64,000 nucleotides of DNA from positions 4,836,001-4,900,000 of the forward strand of contig OZ176058.1 of the NCBI GenBank assembly GCA_964247055.1. The letters are read 5' to 3'. A model generated the notes under the pieces. That model saw only the letters and a list, made by a program, of their open reading frames with translations. It had not been told where the DNA came from and ran no database searches. The stretch is from Paragordius varius. Its lineage: Eukaryota; Animalia; Nematomorpha. This document shows, in pieces, positions 1 through 11,459 of this stretch (position 1 is the stretch's first letter; each line of letters starts with the position of its first letter). Made by a program: the position numbers and the translations under genes.

Positions 1-378
1 CCTTAATTTTTAAAAATATAAATCATTGTTTTAAATGTAAAGTATAATATTGATATGTATATTGGCGACACAATCAATTATATATTTTATATTTTAATTG
101 TATTATAAGGTTTATAAAAGTATGGTTGTCTTTTTTTAAAAAATATTTGTCCTTATATTTTTACTTTTTGTTCGTATAATTTGAGTTTTTACTGTATATA
201 TATATATATTCCCAGTATGCAACTCAAAACAATGAGTTATTCTTTAAATATCTACTTTAGAAAAGTTCAGTGGCTTTCTCTAAAAAAAATTCTTTCACAT
301 TCTGTTTAATTTTAATTTTTATCGTATAAAAATGTAACAATTTTATATAATTTCAATTATTACTGTATACATATATAG

Positions 379-567
379 GGTTCAACGTTAGATCGTATAG
401 ATTACAGTATTGAACATTCGACGCAAACCATAAGCACAGGTTTAACCGAATTAACTAAAGCGGCAACTTTGCATAGCAGAGCGTCTTATGGCAAACTTTT
501 ATGCATTTTCTCGTTGGCTTTTTTAGTTTTACTCTTGTGCGTGGCATTAATTATTCTGAAATTATAA
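379..567 (+). CDS. STX16: Syntaxin-16/Tlg2-like Qa-SNARE, final exon (upstream exons lie before the window)
   Basis: After an atatatag acceptor the exon reads GSTLDRIDYSIEHSTQTISTGLTELTKAATLHSRASYGKLLCIFSLAFLVLLLCVALIILKL*. This matches the syntaxin-16 SNARE end (G.vLDRIDY.vE....G...L.KA) followed by a C-terminal TM anchor. Confidence 0.85.
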   Translation, partial: GSTLDRIDYSIEHSTQTISTGLTELTKAATLHSRASYGKLLCIFSLAFLVLLLCVALIILKL

Positions 568-742
568 TATATTATTCCTATTCGTATTTATTAATTGATT
601 GATTGATGTTATACAGTAAAGAAGAAATAAATACAAAACTTGAAATTTGATATCTAGTTTATTCATGTTTTGTATATCGAAAACTACATCATTTTTTTGA
701 ATTCATTATGATATTCAATTAATTGAATGTAGTCTTGTATTA

Positions 743-1022
743 CAGTAAAATTGAAATTACATGGACAAAACGTGAGAATATGACAAATATTATTATCTAA
801 AAGGCATCCATACTTTTTAATAAATGTTTCCCCTATAAGCTACTTAGTTACAATTTTAAAATATAGAATTGATTGTGTTAGTATTATGTATCTTTATTTC
901 ACACTCTGCCGTTTAAAACAATGAATTATATCGATATAAATCTTAAAAAGTATGGTTGTCTTTTAAAAAAATATTTTTCTTGATATTTTTACGTTTTGTC
1001 CGTATAATTTTATTTTTTACAG
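743..1022. mobile_element. Family-1 MITE copy (Tc1/mariner-like, CAGT ends, TA TSD)
   Basis: Long TIRs of the type cagtaaaaattgaaattatacggacaaaacgt...aagacaaccatacttt / aaagtatggttgtctt...acgttttgtccgtataattt. Confidence 0.7.
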
Positions 1023-1240
1023 TAATATTTAAAATTATAAAGACAGAACATAGAAAGTTGAAACTAATTTGGTTTATCTTTTGCTCAATATAAAGCAGAC
1101 GATATTGTTTTTATAATGTTTTCGATTCTACATAAACTTTTAAATAATATGATCTGTTAAATTACAATAAAAAACAAAATTAGAAACTCAAATTTTACTT
1201 GGTTGAACAAGGAAAATTGAAATAAAAACTGTTATATAAT

Positions 1241-1312
1241 AGAGCGTCTTATGTAAACATTTATTCATCTCGCTAGCTTTTTTAATTTTACTTTTCTGTA
1301 CGTGGCATTATT
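1241..1312 (+). pseudogene. Degenerate echo of the 3' part of the STX16 last exon
   Basis: agagcgtcttatgtaaacatttattcatctcgctagcttttttaattttac...gtggcatta aligns with 479-550 (agagcgtcttatggcaaacttttatgcattttctcgttggc...gtggcatta), with indels and a stop. Confidence 0.75.
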
Positions 1313-1780
1313 ACAGTAGCATATGTCATAATACATTATTAGTCCGTAATAAAATAAAAAATTGTTTTTTTTAAAAAAACAAGCCTAGTTGTATATACAC
1401 ATATCCATAATAGCCCCTTGTTTTTTTATTCTTTTATGGACTAATATTGTTTTATAGCCATACGCTACTGTATTATGAAATTATAAATTTCTCATTTATT
1501 TATAATTTTTTGTAATGTTATTCACATTAAAATAATGAAAAATAACACTTGTTTCTTAAATATAATTGATCGTTTTAATTGGTATTAAATTGAAATGTAA
1601 ATTAAACAATCAATTATATATCTTGTAAATTAATTAATTGATATTTGGAAAAAATTACATAAGGTTGTCTTTTGAAAGAAATATATTTCGAATTTTTATT
1701 TATATGTATATTTTTATTACAATTTTCGTGAATTTAAGGTGTAAAGTCCGACTTTTACAAACACTTCATATCCTTTATTA

Positions 1781-2090
1781 CAGTAAAAATTGAAATTATA
1801 CTATGGACAAAACGTAAAAAAATAGATACAATTTTTTTTTCAAAAGACAACCACCATACTTTTTTAACTGCCTTAATTTATCCTATAAAAATATTTATTT
1901 AATTATAATTGTAAAATACATAATTGATTCTGTGTTATCAATTATTACTCTAAATTATACTTTGCAGTTTAAAACAATGAGTTATATTTTAAAAATAAAC
2001 ACGAATTAAAAATATGGTCGTCATTTTGAAAAACATATTTGTCTTTATATTTTTACGTTTTGTCTTTCCTTATAATTTCAATTTTTACTG
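1781..2090. mobile_element. Family-1 MITE, complete copy, representative of dozens of full or partial copies across the window
   Basis: ta|cagtaaaaattgaaattatac ... ataatttcaatttttactg|ta: ~100-bp imperfect TIRs, TA flanks, no coding capacity. Similar copies at about 2250-2530, 2850-3100, 3330-3563, 3987-4270, 10833-11100, 18205-18482, 18853-19090, 19430-19690, 27178-27416, 28990-29240, 29868-30120, 52668-52950 and 53221-53501. Confidence 0.8.
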
Positions 2091-3704
2091 TAAATACCAC
2101 AATGTCTACAGTCCACACAATCGATAAAGCGGTAATTACCAATTATATCCTGTGCCCATACAACGAAACAAAGATAATGGACTATATTATAAAAACAAAA
2201 TATTTATAAGTTAAAGATTATATTTTTGGACATAATAACATATAAAAAGTACAGTGAATTTTGATATTATACGGACAAAACCTAAAAATATAAAGACAAA
2301 TATTTTTCTTCTAAAGGACAACCATACTTTTTTAAACTTTATTTTTAAAAATATAAATTATTATTTTAAATTGTAAAATATAAATTGATATGTATATTGG
2401 TGACACAATCAATTATATATATTTTATAATTCAAATTATATAATTTAATGAGAACAATTAAAGATTATAAAAGTATGGTAGTCTTTTAGAAAAAAATATT
2501 ATTCCGTATATTTTGCTTTTTGTCCGTATAATTTCGGTTTTGTTTTTTTTATTGTTGAGTTTTTGTACAAAAATTTAATATTCATTATATTTCGTGACTT
2601 AAAACAATGTGCAACAAAAAATATAAAGTTTAATAAAATATGGCTATTTTAATAAAAATAGTTGAAAATTTAAAGATGTAATTAAAACGTAAAAACATAC
2701 GTTCATATTTTTTTAAAAGCTGTCGTTTTGGAATTTTTATTAAAATATAACTCATTGTTTTAAATAAACAAATAATTATACAATTTTTATTAAATAATAT
2801 ATAGAAAAAATTTAGGCGCAAAAAAGTACGGTTGTGTTTTGAAACATACAGTAAAAATTGAAATACGGACAAAACGTAAAAATATAAAGACATTCTTTTC
2901 CAAAAACAATCTACTTATTAAAACCTTGAATTATCCTATAAAAAATCATTAAAATTCAATTGTAAAATAAATATAATTAAATTTGATCTTTATTTTATAC
3001 TTTACAATTCAAAACAATGAGTTAAATTTAAAATATCTAAGGTTTTAAAAGTATGGTTGTCTTTTACAAAAAATTTTTTTCTTTAATTTTTACATTTGTC
3101 CGTAATTTTAAATCTAAATTGGTACGCACCTCCTTCAATACAACATGCTTTAAAATATAAAAAAGTAGCAGGTAAGACAATATCTTAAAATGGCAACCAT
3201 ATTAATGGTTTTCTTAAATATATATTAATATTAAAATTTTAAGGTTATTTTATTTTAATTTCGTGACTTAAAACGATGGGTTTGCGTTAAAAATATCAAA
3301 ATCAATATAGAGAAATATATAACTGAAATTATACGGACAAATATTTTTTTCCAAAAGACAACCATACTTAACCTTAACTTTTCTCATATTATTGCAATTT
3401 AAAAATATAAAATTAATTGTGTCACCAATATACATATTAATTTTATATCAATTTAAAACAATGATTTTAATTCTTAAAATCAAGTTAAAAAAATATGTCT
3501 TTTAGACAAAATTATTTGTCTTTATTTTTTTACATTTTGTATCATAATTTCAATTTTTACTGTATTATTTTTTAGTTATTCTACATAAATTACACTACAC
3601 TTAATTTTTAATTGAGAATTTTTAGATACTATGTAAATTAATTTAAATAAAAATGATTGTTGGATTATATTTACTAACTAGTTAATTATATTATAAAATC
3701 AACC

Positions 3705-5859
3705 ATGACTACTGTATTAAAGACATGTAAATCTTTATTTATAATTTTGCACATTATTATTACAACAATGATTTCGATTAAAAATCATGGAATTGTGAAA
3801 AGCCAATCATCAGCTTTTGGAAATAAAATTAATCCAAATTTATTGCGACGAAAAAAATGGAGAAATTCAGCACGAAATCCTCAAACATTTGACCAATTTG
3901 ATGTTTATGATGATAATTCTTTTTACCCTGAACAAGGGGGACGACCAATAAACGCCGAAAATACAGTAAAAACTTAAAATATTTATACTGTAAAAATAAT
4001 TTAAATTATACGGACAAAACGCAAAAATATGAAAACAAATATTTTTTGAAAGGTTATTATATATTATTTAAATCTTGATTTTTTAAAATATATCATTGTT
4101 TTAAATGGAAAGTGTGAAATAGAAATATATATTAATAGCAGAATTGATTATACAAACGTTATTAAAAAGCTTATACATGAAAAAATTTGGTTTAAAAAAG
4201 TATGGTTGTCCTTTTGAAAAATATATCTTTATATTTTCACGTTTTGTCCGCATAATTTCCATTTTTGCTGTATATATTGAGGGTGTTACTAAAATCATCA
4301 TCCCTTTTACTTGTTTTCCAACACGGATAAAAAACATATGTTTCAAAAAGTATAGTTAACTTAATTTTTTTGTTCTATCTTTATACTAATTAATTTATAC
4401 TGTACTATATCCCATTTTACAATGTAAAATTTAGTAATATGGTTTGAAAAAAGTATGTTTGACTTTCAAAAATGTTTGACTTTTATGATTTACGCTTAAT
4501 TTTAATTTTTACTGTATCTTTTTTAATAAATCCAATTTTGTCATTATATAATTTCAATTGCTGTAATATATAATGTATAAAGCAGGAGTTATACACTGGC
4601 CTGACCCCAACATTGCTTCATAAAATGATTACAAGCTTATTATTTTACCTTTTATCTTAATAGTATTATCATTTTATTTTAGGTATTGTTGGTATAATTT
4701 AAATTAGGTTTTATCCTTGTATAATTTATATTTTTACTGTATTTACAGACTAAATCTAATTTTGACTTTATAAATTTTTACTGATAAATAATTTTTCTCA
4801 CATAAGCTATTTAGTTACAATTGTAAAATTAAGAATTAATTGTGTTTGTAATATCCTATTAGACTTAAAATAATGAGTTATTTTGAAATAAATTAAGGTT
4901 TTAAATAGTATGTTTGTCTTATAAGAAAATAACATGTGTCTTTATATTTTTACGTTATGTCCGTATAATTTCAGTTTTTACTGACATAATAGGAGTTATT
5001 TCAAAGGCCTGGCCCCAAAATTGCTTTATAAGCTTTCTTTTTTACCTTTTATAATGGTATTTTCGTTTTATTTTGACGTTTTGTCCGTATAATTTTAATT
5101 AGGTTTTATTTTTATATAATTTCAATTTTTACTGTATTTTTATACTAAATCCAATTTTGTCTTATTATAAATTTCTGACAAATAATTTTTCCCATATATG
5201 CTATTTAGTTACTGTAAAATAAAGTATTAATTGTGTTATTGTTATATATCTTTATTTTAAACTTTGCCATTTAAAACAATGAGTTATATTGAAATAAATC
5301 AACATTTATAAAGTATGGTTGTTGTCTTTTACAAAAAAAAATCTGTCTTTATATTTTTACGTTTTGTCCGTATAATTTCAGTTTTACTGACAAAATAGGA
5401 CTATTTCAGAAGCCTGGCTCCAATTTTTCTTTATAAGCTTACTTTCTTACCTTTAATCCTTATAGTATTTTCGTTTTGTCCGTATAATTTCAGTTTTTAC
5501 TGTAATATTTTTCTACAATATAGGATTTATTTCAGAGGCCTGGTAACAACTTTGCTTCGTACGAGGAATATCCATTCCAATATTTTCATTACAGTGATTT
5601 TGTACCAATTATATATCCCAAGCATAAAACATCGCGGAAAGGTAAAAAACATCGACATTTCATAGTGGTTAATCCGTTCAATCGTCAACGCCATAAAAAT
5701 AAAATGCTAAATCAAGGTCATTTTAAACCAAAAAATAAACCTAAAAGGAGAAACAATAGAAATAAAGGCAAACCTGCCCGGAAAAATAATCCAAGAAAAA
5801 TGAATCAAAAGGTTTTTAAGAGCAAAAAAAGTCCGAATTCAAACATAAAATTAGATTAA
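3705..5859 (+). CDS. Orphan two-exon protein (~198 aa): N-terminal signal/anchor, K/R/N-rich basic C-terminus; exons 3705-3965 and 5524-5859
   Basis: Exon 1 MTTVLKTCKSLFIILHIIITTMISI...ENT ends ACA|gtaaaa (phase 0). Acceptor atag|GAT at 5524 opens DLFQRPGNNFASYEEYPFQY...KKSPNSNIKLD*, in frame with the tracked 5665-5859 ORF. No family recognised. Confidence 0.6.
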
Positions 5860-6239
5860 GACTTTACTTTATTGATGTATAGTTTTAAGTTATGTTAATA
5901 ATATATGTAATAATTTACTATGATTTATATTAATGTAATAAATGGTATTTGAAATTATTTTATTTCTAGAGTTTTTATTTTTTATATAAAATGATATTAT
6001 ACGTACAAAGTGTAAATTAAGAATATTTTTCAAGACAACACATAATTTATCACCTCGATTTTCTCAGAAAAACAATTTGATTACAATAATTCTCGATAAT
6101 ACCTAAATGATGATTTTTTTGAACAAATAAAGATTTGAAAAATAGGGTTGCCCGATCATTCGATAAATTAGTTAATCCCCTCAATTATATAATAACCCGT
6201 GTTTATTATTCCTCTTTTATCAATAAAACATTAGGTTTT

Positions 6240-6450
6240 TTTCTGTTTTGCTTTATGATAATATTTTTGCTGCAATTTAAACGCCTAAACTTTTCTCTTG
6301 CAAGACTCAATATAATTCATTTATTTATATCACAATTTTCGTTTTGTTTTAAGGTCTGCTTGATGACTAAGTGTATTAGATTTAGCTAAAAAATTAACCG
6401 CATCCTTATTTTTTTTTAAATCTTTACAGATATTCAATAACTTTTTGCTA
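6240..6450 (-). pseudogene. Degenerate tandem echo of the CFDP1 last-exon 3' end and flank
   Basis: 6330-6450 (tcacaattttcgttttgttttaaggtctgcttgatgactaag...) aligns with 6598-6730, and 6241 ttctgttttg aligns with 6521. Confidence 0.75.
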
Positions 6451-6597
6451 CTTTTAATCATATGATAACTTTAGTTTGTTGATTCCCTCAAATGAAAATT
6501 GTGTTGTACTAAATTACTTTTTCTGTTTTGTCTTTAAATAAATTTTTACTAAGTTATAAAACCAATTATCTCTTTTGTTTTATAATTAATTTATTTG

Positions 6598-7973
6598 TCA
6601 CAATTTTCGTTTTGCTCTAAGATCTGCTTGATGACAAAGTCTATCAACCCTGGCTAAAAATTGAAGTTGACCGACGGCACTGCCCTTACTTTTAGTAAAT
6701 CTTTCCAGATCATTCGATAACTCTTGCTTATTAATGCCTTCAATTGACTCAATATTATTTTGTAGGTGAGACCAACTCGATTGTGTCATACTTAAAACAG
6801 ATGGCGTTTTTTTCTTTATAAGACCTGGGTTTTTAAAATGCAGTAATAAACTATTGCTTGATGATTTTGATAAAGAAAGGCAACTATTTTTATGATGATT
6901 ATTATTGGCAAATAAGGTATTATTATCATCACATTTTTTCCTTTTACATGAATTGGGTTGAAGTTGTTGATCTTTGAGAACTTTTTCGTTGTCTTTGGGA
7001 TTTTTTAGGTCTTGGCTAATGAAAAAAGTTAAATTTGAATTTAAAAAAGCAATATCTGAAAATTAAAAGACAAATATTTATAAAACTTGATTTTCTAAAA
7101 AATTTGAGGTTGTAAAAATGTATAAAAAGAAAACTAAAAACAGTTATATATAAAAATTTGAGTTTTTAAAAAGTAACTAATCGTTCGGAGTTACCAAAAT
7201 AAGAAGGCATACAAATTGAAATTATACAGAAAAACAAAATAATATTAAAACAAACTTTTAAAAAATTAATTATTTTCATATAAAATTACCATTTTGATCT
7301 ATCAATTATGAGTGCATTACCAATTTATATCTCTTTTACGCGTTCGACAACCCAAAACGATTAAAAAAAGAATTGAAAAGTATGGTATGGTTGTATTTTA
7401 AAATAATTTATTTGCTGTTTTTATGTGTTTGTATAATTTTAATTTTGATTATAAAACTAAAGGAATAAATGAAAGAAAAGGTGAACAAAGGGAAATATTT
7501 GTATAATTGTTGAAAGATTGATTTTTTAAATTCAAACCTATCGTTTGAGGTGGCAAAATATATATGCAAGAAATTGATAAAATTACATAACAAATTTTTT
7601 ATCTATTTAATTTTATATTTGGAGCAAAATAAATAATTGCGATAAATTAATAAAATTTAACATTCTACAGGTAAAATAATATTCAGATTAATTGCTGTCA
7701 GTATTTCATCGAGTTGTAGCCTTCAATTAAAAGTGTAAATTTTTTTATTTCTATTAAAAACTGGAAATAAATAAAATTTGAAAAATTTAGAATCCATAAT
7801 TTACTTACCCATTTAATTCGGTAAATTTTCTCCAGACATCAGATTTTATATTTTTATCAGGCAATATTTTGGTTTCAGAATTTTTCCTAATATTAGAAAA
7901 CAAAACAATACTTTTCAACCGTTTTGATTTTGGGAACATAGTCCTCATCACTGGTGTTCGAATCATCATTCAT
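6598..7973 (-). CDS. CFDP1: CFDP1/Swc5 (BCNT-domain) protein, copy A, 185 aa; exons 7973-7912, 7886-7809, 7015-6598
   Basis: N-terminus MNDDSNTSDEDYVP...SDVWRKF matches the CFDP1 acidic DEDYVP and lW..F motifs. C-terminus KKKTPSVLSMTQSSW...EGI...SKGSAVGQLQFLARVD matches BCNT-C (K.StLeKSk.DW...EGI...KeGYier..FL.RVD). All splice phases are consistent, with introns of 25 and 793 nt. Confidence 0.8.
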
Positions 7974-8240
7974 GCATAAAACAAATGCGTTAAAATTAAA
8001 AAATTACATTTTTTAAATACCAGTATATATAAATATATAGATTTAAATAGATATAGTTGAAATATATAAATTAAAACTTCTATCTGGCTAATCATTCTAA
8101 TCCATAGTAAAAATGTCCTTATTTAATGAATATCTTTGAGAGGAAAATGCATCAGATTACTGAGCTATTTATTATTGGAATTTGTAGGGATTCATCATAG
8201 AATGATCAAAAAATTTAATCATTGTTATAAATGTAAATAA

Positions 8241-8753
8241 CACTTCGATTAAAAATGGGGTATCTAAATGCCTCAGACTAATTTTAAGTTAGGATTAAGA
8301 AACTACTTAATTTAAATTAATTTTAATAAAAATTATATAAATATGCTAATACATCCGACAAAAATTTCGTTTTAAAAATTTTATGTCAAGCTACTTCAAG
8401 GCCATTTAAAAAATTTTTTGCAAAATATCATCTTCGTTAAGTTTTAAGGGTAAAATAAAGCTAATTTGGATTTGATTTGCATTAAACATTAATATAAATA
8501 GAGGTGGTTTAATTTGTATTATTTTTCTATTTTACCATTGCAAACATGTCTTATTGACTAAATTTTTACCTAAAGTTCCAAACTTTGAATAAAATTTTTC
8601 ATAAATTTCTGTTTTTTATGTTATATAAGTGAAAATTTTGCCATGTTTTTGATTCCTTCCATATTTTATATAAAATTTTTGATTTCAAACAGGCCTGGGG
8701 TATTATTACCAATTCGAATCAAGGACTCAAATGAATGTTTTGTATCCAAATGT
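8241..8753. mobile_element. Family-2 MITE (piggyBac-like), degenerate copy
   Basis: cacttcgattaaaaatggggtatctaaatg ... aggcctggggtattattaccaattcgaatcaaggact...; same internal sequence as the other family-2 copies. Confidence 0.7.
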
Positions 8754-9123
8754 TTAATATATTTTTATACGAAAATGTTAGGCTATCTAGAAATTATATG
8801 ATTTGTTGTAAATTTACCATAGAATTATCCAAAAATTTACTCTTTGTTATCTAAATATATTATTAATAAAGTCTTAATTCTATTTAAAAATACATCACAT
8901 ACAAATATTTAAATGGCTCAAAAACTCTAATTCTTTGCCTAGGTCAATAATGGGTTAGTTTTCCTTGAAAGGATTGATATTTTTAATGTTAGATATGACA
9001 AAATAAAAGGAATTTTTTTGAAAATTAAAATTATAAGCAATTTATAAAAAGCTCTGATAAAATTATTTTATCCGTTTACAAAAAATTTAATCAACTGTAC
9101 CACATTTTATATCAATAAAACAC

Positions 9124-9638
9124 ATGGCCTTTTCTCATCTAAATCGATCCAATTCGCCTTCAACGGAATCTACGTAAGATTAAACTATAACTAAAGTAAA
9201 AATAAAAATAATAAAGACAAAACTTAAAACATAGAATTAACCATATTTTATCAAAATACCGTTTTACTTTTCTAAACCTTACTTTCAACTATCTATGTGC
9301 ATTTGTAAAATATATTGCATTTGTTAATTTCTGTAACCATTTTTACATACTTTGCAGTTTAAATCCATCAATTATATGTAAATTACAACAGTTTTTGCAA
9401 AAAAAGCTTTTAACGTCTTTTGTTAAACTAATTTCAATTTTTTCTTAATAAATTCACAAACAAAATTTATTCTAAACTTTTAAACTTAAATCTTAGAAAT
9501 TCTCAGGAGAAATGGCATATTGAACATGCCGGACATGAAAAGATGCATTCTCAAATGATGGCCATTATTGTGCTTGTCATGGTTTTGGCTCAAATATTCC
9601 TATTTCTTTGGAGACGAAACGCCATTAAATCATATCAG
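9124..9638 (+). CDS. RNF121: RNF121 copy A, exons 1-2 only (9124-9173, 9497-9638); no downstream exons on this strand
   Basis: Reads MAFSHLNRSNSPSTEST|NSQEKWHIEHAGHEKMHSQMMAIIVLVMVLAQIFLFLWRRNAIKSYQ|gt. It is an inverted near-copy of 61697-61172 and matches RNF121 (W..EH...H..MH.eM....vAQ....W....SY). Confidence 0.8.
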
Positions 9639-9661
9639 GTGATTTTAAATTTACATTTTAA

Positions 9662-10238
9662 CACTTTGATTCAAATTGGGGTATCTAAATACCCCAGACA
9701 AAATTAAAGTTAAGATTTTTGAAAAACTACTGAAGGAAACGGTCCCAATTTAAATTTATGCTTCTATCCTAATATAAATTATATAAATATGTCAAAATAT
9801 CTAAATAAAATTTTGTTTTGAAAAAAAGGTTTCATGTCAAACTACTTCGACGCCATTTTTAATTTGCAGAATTTTTGTAAAATATCGTCTTCATTAAGTG
9901 TTAAGGGTAAAACTAAAGCTAATTTTTTATTTAAATCACATCTAACATTGATAGAAATAGAAAAAGCGATTTATTTTGTATTATTTTTCAATTTTACAAT
10001 TTGACACATGGTACGTTGTCGAATTTTTTACCTTTCGGTTTTAGCTTAAAATAAGTAATGTCAAGTATTTTAAAATATTTTTTATATATTTCGGTTTATT
10101 AATGTTATATAAGTGCAAAATTTTGCCATGTCTTCGATTCCTTCCATATTTAAAATATTTGATTTTTAAACAGGCCTGGGGTATCCAACTACCCCAATTT
10201 GAATCGAAGGACTAAAATGAATGTGTTGTATTTAGGTG
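9662..10238. mobile_element. Family-2 MITE (piggyBac-like, TTAA TSD, CAC...GTG ends)
   Basis: ttaa|cactttgattcaaattggggtatc ... ccccaatttgaatcgaagg...aggtg|ttaa; starts ~23 nt after the RNF121-A exon 2 donor. Confidence 0.8.
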
Positions 10239-11459
10239 TTAATATATCAACTAAAAATATTTTTTAAATAATGCACATTTCGTAAAATTTTAATTTTTGT
10301 TAAATTAGAAGAGTAAAAAATGAAAATATACAGAAACAAAGGGACATATTCAATAAAAATTGAAATTATACTATAGACAAAACGTAAAAATATAATGAGA
10401 CAGATATTGTTTTTCAAAAGACAACCCCATACTTTTTAAATCTTGATTTTTATTAATATAACTCATTGTTTTAAATTGTATATTTTATTTTAAAATCGCA
10501 TTTTCAAAGTAAAATCACCATTATTATTTGTTACATTTTTATTATAGTTAATTTTAAGCATAGATAAACGGATTTGATATTTCTATCAAAAACTAATATC
10601 ATAAAATATATTCTCATTTATAATTTTTTAATTATCTTCACGGCTATACAATAAAAATTAATTAATTATATAACATTTCTGTAAAAAACTAAAAATTTTA
10701 AATAAAAATTTCCACATAATAACTAAAATTTATTAGTTTTCTAGTTAATTTTGAATAGAGATAAATGGTAATATTTATACTAAAAAACTAATAATTTAAA
10801 TTATCAATACACAATATGCGATATGTTAAATACAGTAAAAACTGATATTATATGCGGACAAAACGTAAAAATATAAAAACAAATATTTTTTCTAAAAGAC
10901 ATTTGTAAATCTGATATTTTACTATAATAGCAAAGTGTGAAATAGAGATATATATATCACTAACAAAATCTATTCTATAATTTACGATTGTAAGTAATAA
11001 GTAGCTTATATAGCAAAGTTTTTATAAAAGTATGGTTGTCTTTAGAAAAAAATATTTGTCCTTATATTTTTACGTTTTGATCGTATAATTTCCATTTTCT
11101 ATATAATTTTTATATCGTCTTCACAACTATACAACATAAAACAATTAATTTTATTAAAATTTTTGTAAAAAATTTCCAATTTTAAATCAAAATTCTACAT
11201 AAAATTATAATTTATTAAATCAATTAATTTTGAACAGCTATAAATGGATTTGATATTTATATAAAAATATTATTTTAAGTATAATTTTTATATAGTCTTC
11301 AAAGATAAACTATAAACTAATGATTAAATTTCTATAAAAAACTTAAAATTTTAATACAAATTCTACATAAAATTATTATTTATTTGATCAATTTTGATTA
11401 TAAAATTTTGTAAAAAACTAATTAAAATCAAATAAAATTATAATTTATTTGAGTTTTGT

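Larger units (their letters stand above)
7750..9640. repeat. Inverted duplication of the head-to-head CFDP1/RNF121 5' region (partner about 61170-63690)
   Basis: Exons, intron 1 and parts of the intergenic DNA are reverse complements of the partner (e.g. 7780 gaaaaatttagaatccataat versus 63645 attatggattctaaatttttc). Confidence 0.85.

Noticed and set aside
2103-3180. Small ORF MSTVHTIDKAV... (2103) and exon-like WYAPPSIQHALKYKKVA|gtaaga (~3120-3172)
   Set aside because: Too short, no homology recognised, and I could not link them into a gene model.
2630-4359. Tracked ORFs 2630-2893, 4101-4346, 4144-4359 (also 18718-18912, 7408-7593, 11722-11931)
   Set aside because: They lie in MITEs or low-complexity AT DNA, with F/I/K/Y-biased translations and no recognisable motif.
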